Source of the DNA: Anthoceros angustus
Lineage: Eukaryota; Plantae; Anthocerotophyta
Direction of reading: 5' to 3'
DNA: 64,000 nucleotides
Assembly (NCBI GenBank): GCA_010909165.1
Contig: VJWM01000116.1
Coordinates: forward strand, 868,001-932,000
Every line of letters starts with the position of its first letter. The stretch's first letter is position 1. Below are positions 12,801 through 22,389 of the stretch, one piece after another. Position numbers and translations under genes: made by a program. The notes below the pieces were generated by a model. That model was given only the letters and a program-made list of their open reading frames with translations, was not told the DNA's origin and did not search any database.

Positions 12801-15376
12801 GGCGTGGTTGCGTTTCCACGATGGCCTTAGGACCAAGGAGTTCCGTGGTTGCGTTTCCACGATGGCCTTCGGACTTCACACAGCCGCCGGGTTGTCCTTT
12901 AACAAGCCTAAGGGACACCAAGTGTTGTTGGTCCATCATCAAGTCGGCCACCTTGAAAGGGCGGGTGGTTCTCTGCCCGCGTCCGCCTTGTCTCCTCCGG
13001 TTTGGCTCTTGCTGTGGTGGCGGACTATACAGGTCTGTCGGAGTTCTTCTTGAAGCATCTCGGTCACTTCGAACCACATCCGGTGGAAGCTGCGGTGGGG
13101 TGAGTCGCTTCTCGGAGACTCCGGTGGCTTTTGGGGTTCTTCTCTGGCGGGCTGCCGGTTTAACTCGTCCTCTTTGGCGGGTTCGGCTTCCTTCAGGGTG
13201 TTCCGTCCTCCGTGTCCGTGGGACTATCCTCATTTTCTTCCTCTTGTCTCTCCTTCCGCTCCTTTCGGCGACTCGGGTTGACACTTCCGGTACCTCGGTC
13301 CGCCTTCTTCTCCTTGGCGAACTTGCCCGTACCACCTCGTTCGAGCTCCTCGGTGCCTCCTCCTCCGCCCGGTTGTCGTCTTCAATTTGTACAGGCGCCT
13401 TAGGGAGGGCGTCGGTGGTCTTGGCTCCCCGGAGTTGCGTGGCGTACCGTCCTCGGCGAGGATTCGGACCAGTCTTGCAGCATGTGCCCGCACCTTACAA
13501 TCTCCACGGTAGTTCAAAGTCTCCGTTACCTTGCGGTGGGGTATGGGACAGGCGTTGGAGTAGTGTCCGGGTTCCCAGTTCCAGAGACCACGCCGCCGAG
13601 AATTCACGGAGGGGCTCCCATGCGGTCAGATCGGAGGTCGATGCAGACGGACCACTGCCGGGGTACATCGTCACAGGATCTGGTGGTCCCGGTTGTGCTT
13701 CTTGCATATGCATCCTCCTTTGTTCCTCGGACTCTTCCCGTAGTCGTACTCCACAGTTCCACGGGTGGAGGCGTTGGCCATGCCCATGTTGGTGACACAC
13801 CGCACACCAATGAGTCGGACCGTGGTGGCCGCCTTCGCGTTCTTTATCCTTCACGGTTGATCGTCAACTCCTCCACCTCTTCATTACCGTTCTAGATCTT
13901 CCCTCGGCCCTACTTCCTTCAAAGGAGTGGTCGAGACCTCTCGTCGTGCGGGCATCATGACCTCCTTCTTTTCCACCCTCCGTCGACTACGGGCTTCTTC
14001 TTCTTTATTTTTTTGAGGTTCTTCTTCTTCCATGGCCTCCTCAGTTCTTCGAGTCCTCTTCCTCTTCCTCCGACCTCGGTCTCATCATCCTCCTCGTCAG
14101 GGTTCTTCATCTTGATTCCGTTTCTTTTTTCTTCTTTCCTCCTGGAGAGTCCTCGGCCGTCGTTGGTGCATCGATTCTTCATAGTTCTCCGCCCGGACCG
14201 CCTTGCTCACATCTTTCTGCAAGCGGCCGTGCTTAGCCATTGGCTTGGATAAGCCATTGCGAACCAACGTACTTTGCATGGTAGTGTGGTGGGGTCGGTC
14301 CGCGGAGCGTCGATGTCGATCCCAACTTCTCCGTCTTTCCTCGCTTGTTCTCGAGTTTGGACAAGACATAGCCTTCTTGATCGATTCGAATCTTTCTAAG
14401 AAGGCATCCTTCAATGCTCAAGGTTGCGGTGCGTTACGGGCGGTCGGTATTTCCTCGGTACCCTTTGGCAGACCCGGGACCCTTGGAGCAATTTGAATGA
14501 GCATCCGAACCTTCTCGTTGAAGTTTGCGGACACAAAATCCTCCACGAAGGTTTCGTCTCTCTTCTTCCTCCAAAGAGAATCGCTTGCTTGGTCGGCGTT
14601 GTTGCCATCGCGCGCGTGTAAGGGATGAGGAACCGCCCCCACCGCGCGACTTGTCTGCGTCCTCCTCTCGATCCGACAACTCCACCACACCTGTTGGTGG
14701 TGTCCTCGCCTCGAGCTCGTCGTCTCTCACGTGCTGCGCTCGGGCGCTCGGGCGATCTGGCGTCCGACTCTCTCGATTCTTCCTCGAGTCCTCTTCCTCT
14801 TCCTCCGACGTGCCTCGGTCTCATCCTCCTCGTCCGAGGGTTCTTCATCTTCGAGTCCGACGCTTCTTTTTTCTTCTTTCCTCCTGGAGGAGTCCTCGGC
14901 CGTCGTTGGTGCATCGATTCTTCATAGTTCTCCGCCCGACCGCCTTGCTCACATCTTTCGCCAACAAGAAGACGTGCTTAGCCATGGCTTGGATAAGCCA
15001 CCGCGAACCAACGCATCACCGCATGGTAGTGTGAGTGGGGTGCCGCCCCCACAGTAGAACCGCTCGATGTACGATCCCAACTTCTCCGTCTTTCCTCGCT
15101 TGATTCTCGAGTTTGGACAAGACATAGCCTTCTTGATCGATTCCATGAATCTTTCTAAGAAGGCATCCTTCAATGCTCAAGGTTGCGGTGCGTTACGGGC
15201 GGTCGGTATTTCCTCCGATACCACCGAGCAGGCCGTAGACCCTTGGAGCAATTTGAATGAGCATCCGAACCTTCTCCGTTGAAGTTTGCCCGAGACACAA
15301 AATCCTCCACGAAGGTTTCGCTCTCCTTCTTACCTCCAAAGAGAGAATACGCTTGCTTGGTCGACGTTGTCGCCAT
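12800..15376 (-). pseudogene. gag: Gypsy gag with up to three CCHC zinc knuckles; N-terminal part duplicated (~14040-14780 / 14780-15480)
   Basis: Start MATTSTKQAYSLFGGKKESETFVEDFVSRANFN (ATG at 15376). LKDAFLERF..LSKLE..GKTEKLGSYIERF. Knuckle remnants WCAVCHQHGH, EPGHYSNACP and GDCKVRGHMLQDCP (the last needs indel correction). Confidence 0.85.
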
Positions 15377-15569
15377 GGCGGGATGAGGAACCGCCTTACC
15401 ACCGCCCGACGGTGCCTCCTCCTCTCGATCCGACAACCCACCACACTTACTGGTGTCCCTCGAGCTCGTCGTCTCTCACGTGCCCGCCGAGCGCCGCGAC
15501 AACGTCCGACTCTCAAGAACTCTTCCTTAACTACCTCCGTCCTCACGCATCCGCGGCTCGGGCGATTTC

Positions 15570-15585
15570 ATTCCCGGCAGCGCCA
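15570..15585 (-). other. Primer-binding site TGGCGCTGCCGGGAAT (resembles the complement of the tRNA-Asp 3' end, as in Athila-type elements)
   Basis: TGG start 3 nt after the LTR CA end on -. Similar to TGGCGCCGTTGCCGGGGAT with a small deletion, so the tRNA identity is uncertain. Confidence 0.7.
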
Positions 15586-15588
15586 AAA

Positions 15589-18500
15589 TGTGGCGCGACT
15601 TTCTTTTGATGGTAGCGCGCAATCCGTGTCGTTGTAGGAAGAAGTCCGTTCCCAAAGGAATGATAGGCTCCGTTCGCGTTTGGTGATTCCTACCGCCTTG
15701 CGCTCGTTCGGCCTCACACACATACTCTAACTACTCTGCGTTCACCGTCGGGCCGGTATGGCCAAGCGTTTGAGACCGTTCGCGTCCGTATCGTTCACAT
15801 CGTCCTCACACATCGGTCCTTTCCTCTCTCCCTCACGCTACACTCCTCGGTCTTAGAAAAGGCCAGCGGGTTACGTCGGACCTCCTCCGTCGTTCGCGGG
15901 CCTCTCCGTCCGGGCTCTGCCGCCCTCCGGAGTTCCTCCGGCTCACCGCGTTCCGGTCCGTTCGGTCTTTGGGCGCGGCTCGGGGCGAGCACGGGTCACC
16001 AGTCACCCTTCCACACACCACACACGTTAGGTCGTCACGGGACCAGATCAATCTCCCGGGTATGACCGCTCGGTGACTCGGGACTCACGTTAGCAGAAGA
16101 CACACAAAGGTGCAGAGCGGCATCAACACCAAGAAAGATGATTTATTGGGCCTTAGCCCTCTTATACTCGCCGAAGGTCGGCGCCTTTATTACACCTCTA
16201 TTACGGTGAGGCCATTTCGGTACTAACCGCCTACTACCACCTATTCACCTATCGCCGTCGGTGGTGGGATAGCCTCATTCCTTCTTGGCACGGTGGCCGG
16301 CCACAGCCATTGCGGGCGCAATCGGATGATCGCGGTAGGACCCCTTCCTCTTCAGTCAGTTGCGCCACCGTGGCGGCGGCGGCGATCACCACCAAGTCTT
16401 CCTCGTCCTCCCTCTTCTCTCGGCGGGCCCTGCGATGGGCCCTCAAGGTTGGATCTGCTGGGGTTGGTGGTGGTGGCTCTCCCCACTCCCGAGTTTGGAC
16501 CTCGGGACCTGTCCTCAGGACCTCTAGGTCCGGTCTTCCCTCAGTCCGGTCTCAGCCCGGCCTTCTTTCGAGTCAGGTCCTCGGGGCCGGACCTCTGGTC
16601 GGTCTTGGACCCAACCCTTCCCAGGGTCGGACCTCGGGGCCGGACTCGTCACTGAGTCTGGATCCCTAAGTCGGACTTCCTTGAGGCGGACCTCGGGGTC
16701 GGCCTTCCTCAGTCGGGACAAAGTCAGGACCTCAGTCTGGGCATGCCTCCTCGCCGGGCTAGCCAGGTTCATCCATGAGCCCTCCCTTGGTTCCCGAATG
16801 CCGGTTGCCCCTTTCCCCTTCAAGATCCTCCCTCGTCCTTCCATGCGGTCTTGGGGCTTACCTCGGTGTGGCGCCCCTTCCTCCTCCGGTTCCTCCTGCT
16901 CTCCCGCCGCTGCTGCTGCCGTCGTCAAGCAGGCGCTCCTAGGACTCCAGCGGTTGTCCGTCCGGGTCCGTCCTCCTCGCTCCTCCTTCCATCCCTTGAG
17001 TCCACCCACTGCCTGGGGTGGCGCGGGACCTCGAGCCTTGAGGGCTCTGCGTGGTAGTAGGCGGTCGGAATCGACTTGAATCGCCTCCTCCACATGAGCC
17101 GGGCACCCGTACTCCCTCCTCCAGGTGCTCGTGGCCAGGCGGATCGCCCCCTTTCTTGGCGTCTCCGTGGCCAAGCTTACGGTATGGGGCGGCGGACTCC
17201 CTTGAGGCCGTCAAGCTGCCTCAGTTACCTCTTGCAACCTTGGCTGCTCGGCGTTCTCCTCCTCCCGTTGTTGCTTGACTCACCTGCGGGCCATGGGAGC
17301 TCTACACTTCCTGGCCGGACGAGCTGTACCTTTTCCTCCGTGCCTTCCTCCCTTCTTCTATTCTTTCCGGAGGTCCTCCACTTCCTTCTCCAGGCGGGCG
17401 GTATCCCGTCAGGCTCACGGCTTCACGTCTGCTGCGCAACGGCGTCGAACTCCTTGCGCCTTTGTTCTCCTCCGTCTTCAAGCGGGCTGGGCGTTCACCT
17501 CGCTCGAAGTCTTGGATTCTCGTTGAGAACCCCTGCTCCGTCGTCTTGGGTTGCAACTCCAAGGTGTCCTTGTTGTCCTCCGGCTCCTCGCCCTTCTACC
17601 TCCTGCAGTGCACCACAGGGTCCCCAATCTCCCGGGTCTTGGCCTCAGCCTCCTCACGGCTCGGCCGTGCTTGCTCCCTTGACCACTTGCTCGGCCTTGA
17701 TTGGCGCGGCTCTCTCGGCCGCCTCCCCTCCGGTTCGATCACGCGATAGTGATCGCGATCGGCCGTGGCCTCCGCCTCCTTGGCCACCTTCACAGCCTCT
17801 CGGCTTGGCTCGGTCAGCTGCCTCCGCGAGATCCGCGCCCGTTCCTTGCGCCCGGGCGTCCTCGCTTCTGCTGCGCTCGCCTCTGCTGCGGAGGTCCTCC
17901 CCGCGCTTGGGCCTCCTTGCTGCTTGTCCTCCTGAAGGAATTTAGTCCGGTCCTTGCGGATGGACCAAACCTCCCTCTCCGCCTCCGGCGTTTTCCTTCC
18001 TCAATCCGCCGAGAGCTTGGCCTTCCTTCGCCTCACAGGCTCCCTCAGCTGCTCTGGAGGCACCATGCGCCTCGGGTGGCTTCCACCTCACAGGCCTTCT
18101 CGGCCATCCCATAGACCCAGGCATACCGTCCATGGCGGTAGCAGGACCCGCCGTGTTTCCTCCACGGCTGAGTGAGGCTCCCACAAAGTCCGTGGCGGGG
18201 CGGCATCTCCGTCGTCAAGGACCTCCATACCGGTCGGAGCAAGTCGGGGGGTTCTCGGACAATCGGGACCCTTAGGTCACGAGTCTTTCGACTTCCCCTC
18301 CTTGGCCCTTTTGGCGAGCTCCTTCTCGCCCTTTTCCTCCACGGGGCTCGGCGGAGGTGATGGAGTCAGGAGCCGCCCTTTGCCCCTTCACAGCCGGCAG
18401 GACCCGGCTCGGATCGGTGCGCAGTGTCCTCCAGCTGCTCTGGAGGCACCATGCCTCGGGTGGCTTCCACCTCACAGGCCTTCTCGGCCATCCCTTGAGA

Positions 18501-21500
18501 CCCAGGCATACCGTCCATGGCGGTAGCAGGACCCGCCGTGTTTCCTCCGGCGCTGAGTGAGGCTCCCACAAAGTCCGTGCGGGGCGGCATCTCCAGTCCG
18601 TCAAGGACCTCCATACCTGATCGGAGCAAGTCGGGGGTTCTCGGACAATCGGGACCCTTAGGTCACGAGTCTGGCTCGGCTTCCCCTCCTTGGCCCTTTT
18701 GGCGAGCTCCTTCTCGCCCTTTTCTCCACAGGGCTCGGCGGAGGTGATGGAGTCAGGGAGCACGCCCTTTTGCCCCTTCACATCGGCGGCAGGACCCGGC
18801 TCGGATCTGTGCCGCGGTGTCCTCCGCTCCACAGGCGTCCTTTACGCCCTCCTTGCTTCCTCACTTCTTGCCACTCGTCGGCGGGGAAGAATCTTGGCAC
18901 CGGCCCAGGGTCAGCGTTGGTAGCCGTGGTCTTCTTCTTGGCTCTCTCACAGTCGGGGCTCCTCGGTAGGAGTGGGTGGCGGCTGGGGCAGGCTTCTGTG
19001 GTGGGCTGGTTGGGGCACGGAAGGAGGCGGGTGCTTCCCATACTTCCACAGGTGGTGAGGGGTCCGTTCAGGCGTATGGAGTCAGGAATCCTCAGTCGTC
19101 CTCCTCCGTCCGTTTGGTTTTGTCGAGCCTCCTCCTCCGGCGCCCTTGCCGCTCCACTTGGAGGCCTCGGTCCTTTCGGGCGCTCGCTCAAGCTCTCCTT
19201 CCACGGGAGTTGAAATGCCCCATACATGGATCGGGTATGGGGCGGCCCAGATGGCGAGGCTTCGCTCCCAGGCTTGCGAGCTTCACAGCTAAGCCGGGCG
19301 AAGATAATCCTTCCCGGTCGCCCCTCTTCCCCCAGCAGCGTGCGGGAACACTAATAGATTATCACCAAGGTGATCCACCTTGGTGAGTAGGTTCGATGGG
19401 CGATGATCGGCCCGCCACGGCTCAGCAGGTCGGATATCGACCAGCGTTGGTAGCCGTGGTCTTGCGTCTCTTGGCTCTCTCACAGTCGGCGGGGCTCCTC
19501 GGTAGGAGTGATGGCCGTGGCGGGGCTGTTCTCTTGGTGGTGATGGTTGGGGCACGGAAGGAGGAGGTGCTTCCCATACTTCCACAGGTGGTGAGGGGTC
19601 CGTTCAGGCGTATGGAGTCAGGAATCCTCGGTCATCCTCCTCCAGTCCGTTTGGTTTTGTCGGCCTCCTCCCTCCGGCGCCCTTGCCGCTCCACTTCGGG
19701 AGGCCTCGGTCCTTTCGGGCGCTCGCTCAAGCTCTCCTTCCTTGAGGAGTTGAAATGCCCCCATGGATCGGTATGGGGCGGCCCAGATGGCGAGGCTTCT
19801 CGGCTCACGAGCTTGCGAGCTGGCTAAAGGGAAGATAATCCTTCCCGTCGCCCCTCTTCCCCTTGCAGCGTGCGGGAACACTAATAGATTATCACCAAGG
19901 TGATCCACCTTGGTGAGTAGGTTCGATGGGCGATGATCGGGCCCGCCACGGCTCAGCAGGTCGGATATCGACCAGCGTTGGTAGCCGTGGTCTTGCGTCT
20001 CTTGGCTCTCTCACAGTCGGCGGGGCTCCTCGGTAGGAGTGATGGCCGTGGCGGGGCTGTTCTCTTGGTGGTGATGGTTGGGGCACGGAAGGAGGAGGTG
20101 CTTCCCATACTTCCACAGGTGGTGAGGGGTCCGTTCAGGCGTATGGAGTCAGGAATCCTCGGTCATCCTCCTCCAGTCCGTTTGGTTTTGTCGGCCTCCT
20201 CCCTCCGGCGCCCTTGCCGCTCCACTTCGGGAGGCCTCGGTCCTTTTCGGGCGCTCGCTCAAGCTCTCCTTCCTTGAGGAGTTGAAATGCCCCCACATGG
20301 ATCGGTATGGGGCGGCCCAGATGGCGAGGCTTCTCGGCTCACGAGCTTGCGAGCTGGCTAAAGGGAAGATAATCCTTCCCCGTCGCCCTCTTCCCCTTGC
20401 AGCGTGCGGGAACACTAATAGATTATCACCAAGGTGATCCACCTTGGTGAGTAGGTTCGATGGGCGATGATCGGGCCACCGCCGACTCATCCAGCGGTCG
20501 GATATCGACCAACCGTTGGTGGTCGTTGCGTCGAGCCTTAGCATCGGCTGGCATGTGGACCTATCTTCCCTTCGCCTTGAGGGGCTCGGCACCACTCCCC
20601 TCTTCCTCCTTGGGCGGTTGTAGGCCGCCGGGACCTCAAGGTCCATCGCCTTGGGTCCTCTCGGAGGTTCTTGGACCGCACCTCCTTGTTGACCGCCTTG
20701 AGGGGCTCGGCACCCTCCCCTCTTCCTCCTTGGGCGGTTGTAGGCCGCCGGGACCTCAAGGTCCATCGCCTTGGTCCTCGGAGGTTCTTGGACCGCACCT
20801 CCTTGTTGACCGCCCGGCATCTTGGGCAAACTCCGGACGGTGTTGTCAAAGGTCAGACCATTTGGAACACATCCAAATGCCACTCCTGCACCAATTCTCC
20901 TTCCACGGGCGAGCCCAAAGTCCGGATAGCGCGGGTCACAATGTTGCGCTCCACAAGGTTCCATGGCTCCCAAACTTCGCGGGCTTTTGGGTGCCATCGC
21001 CTTCTTCTCCCTTGGTTCTTTGCGCTTGCTGGCAGCGCGTTGAGCCTCTTCGCGCGTTCGCTTCCGACCTCAGCGGTGAGCGCGCGAGCGTCAGTGTCCA
21101 CGAGATACCGCGAGCGGTTGCGGGCGCGAGATCGCGAATTGTCTCGAGGCGGCGCGGTGACCTTCTTCGCGACCACGCCGGAGTAACGGCGGGCGGGCGC
21201 CTCTTCCCCGTGGCCGAAGTGCATGGCCTGCGCTTCTGCTGCCAGCGTACTCGGCCCACTTGCGCGCCGCGGCGTGAATACTGCTATAACGGCCTCAGCA
21301 GGTTACGGTCACGACCCTGCATGCCGTCCTCCACTCGATTAGTCACGTGGCGTCGCCCGTCCGTCTCCAACTTCTAAGTTACCTTCCGTGCTTATCACCT
21401 GGTCACAGGTGGGTCGGTCTTACCCCGCGCCATCGTAGGTCTAATCGTTCCTCACTCGGTCGGGGGTATACTCGGTCGTCCGAGTGCTAAGGGCTTATTT

Positions 21501-21586
21501 CCTCCTTTTCGCCTCATTTATCCTTCGCTCCACAAAAACAAAATCCTACCTAATTTCTAACCCCCCAGGGAAGTCCGTAGTCCACA
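15589..21586 (-). repeat. 5' LTR (~6.0 kb as assembled; ~4.4 kb without internal duplications near 18050-18790, 18910-20510 and 20575-20820)
   Basis: TGTGGCGCGAC...GTAGTCCACA, collinear with 2631-8285. Confidence 0.9.
16249..20997 (-). CDS. LTR-encoded (U3) protein, 5' LTR copy, frameshifted in this assembly
   Basis: Same peptide blocks as 3308-7700, e.g. EVWEPWNLVERNIVTRAIRTLGSPVEGELVQEWHLDVFQMV and KVAKEAEATADRDHYRVIEP. Breaks fall at different positions than in the other copy. Confidence 0.6.
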
Positions 21587-21783
21587 GCCACCTAGGTGGC
21601 ACTAGTTAAGCCACCTAGGTGGCACTAGTTAAGCCACCTAGGTGGCACTAGTTAAGCCACCTAGGTGGCACTAGTTAAGCCACCTAGGTGGCACTAGTTA
21701 AGCCACCTAGGTGGCACTAGTTAAGCCACCTAGGTGGCACTAGTTAAGCCACCTAGGTGGCATTAGTTAAGCCCCCTAGGTGG
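21587..21783. repeat. 23-bp minisatellite, right flank, ~9 units
   Basis: Eight near-perfect GCCACCTAGGTGGC-containing units at 23-bp spacing plus one variant. Confidence 0.97.
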
Positions 21784-21828
21784 TTTCTATTTTAATGCAA
21801 GTGGCTTACTATTTTTCTCCCCTTAGGT

Positions 21829-22383
21829 AAGGGAAGGAAAATAGTAACCAGCAAGTGGGTATTTAAAATTAAGAGAAAGAGAGATGGCTTTATTGAGCGA
21901 TATAAGGCATGTCTAGTGGTAAGAGGGTTTACCCAAATTTCGGGTTTAGATTATTTACCTTATGCCACATATGCACCTGTAGCCAAGTTTGCTTCTCTTA
22001 ATATGATCTTTGCCCTCACCACACAACATGATCTTGAACTCCATATGATGGATGTTAAGTGAGCTTACTTATATGGCCGTCTTGAAGAAGAAATCTACAT
22101 GAGACAACCAGAGGGATATGAGGTAAAGGGCAAGGAGGACTGGGTATGCAAACTCATCAAATGGATTTATGGCCTGAAACAGTTAGGCAAACGATGGAAT
22201 GTCACAGTACATGTCAAGCTAGTTAAGCGAGGCTTTAGGCAAAGCAAGGCTGATGCTAGCATGTTCATATTATTATCAGGGAATGATATTCTCTACCTGT
22301 TACTTTATGTTGATGATGTATTCATGGCTTCATCCTCATCTTCTCTCCTCGCCGAAATTAAGGTTGATACAATTGGTATCTAG
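21829..22383 (+). mobile_element. Continuation of the copia RT interrupted at ~1230
   Basis: KGRKIVTSKWVFKIK..G.IERYKA.LVVRGFTQ..GLDY..TYAPVAK..DLELHMMDVK*AYLYGRLEEEIYMRQPEGY..YGLKQ..LLYVDD. It resumes directly after ...WALVKPP and is truncated at the CACTA element. Confidence 0.95.
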
Positions 22384-22389
22384 ATAGTG

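Larger units (their letters stand above)
2631..21586 (-). mobile_element. Full-length Ty3/gypsy LTR retrotransposon, non-chromovirus (Athila/Phygy/Selgy-like grade), with giant LTRs
   Basis: Two LTRs with TGTGG...CCACA ends, a PBS next to one and a PPT next to the other. gag-PR-RT-RH-INT order on -. No chromodomain and no visible extra archaeal-type RNase H. TSD GCCAC is seen at 21587-21591 and 1382-1386 (garbled at 2626-2630). Confidence 0.93.

Noticed and set aside
3000-21400. Numerous + strand ORFs (up to 324 aa) across the gypsy element
   Set aside because: Ser/Pro/Leu-rich shadows of the - strand coding frames in GC-rich DNA, with no domain motifs.
1213-21783. 23-bp palindromic repeats as a CRISPR array or telomere
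   Set aside because: There are no unique spacers and no cas genes, the context is eukaryotic, and the unit derives from copia RT sequence.
21779-21826. Possible GT-AG intron in copia RT (ends TTTTCTCCCCTTAG)
   Set aside because: The pyrimidine tract is better explained as the inverted copy of the adjacent purine-rich RT codons, and splicing would not remove the array.
22362-22389. CA-AT-TGGTATCTAGA as an LTR end plus Met PBS
   Set aside because: Too short and no LTR is identifiable upstream. It may be junction filler.
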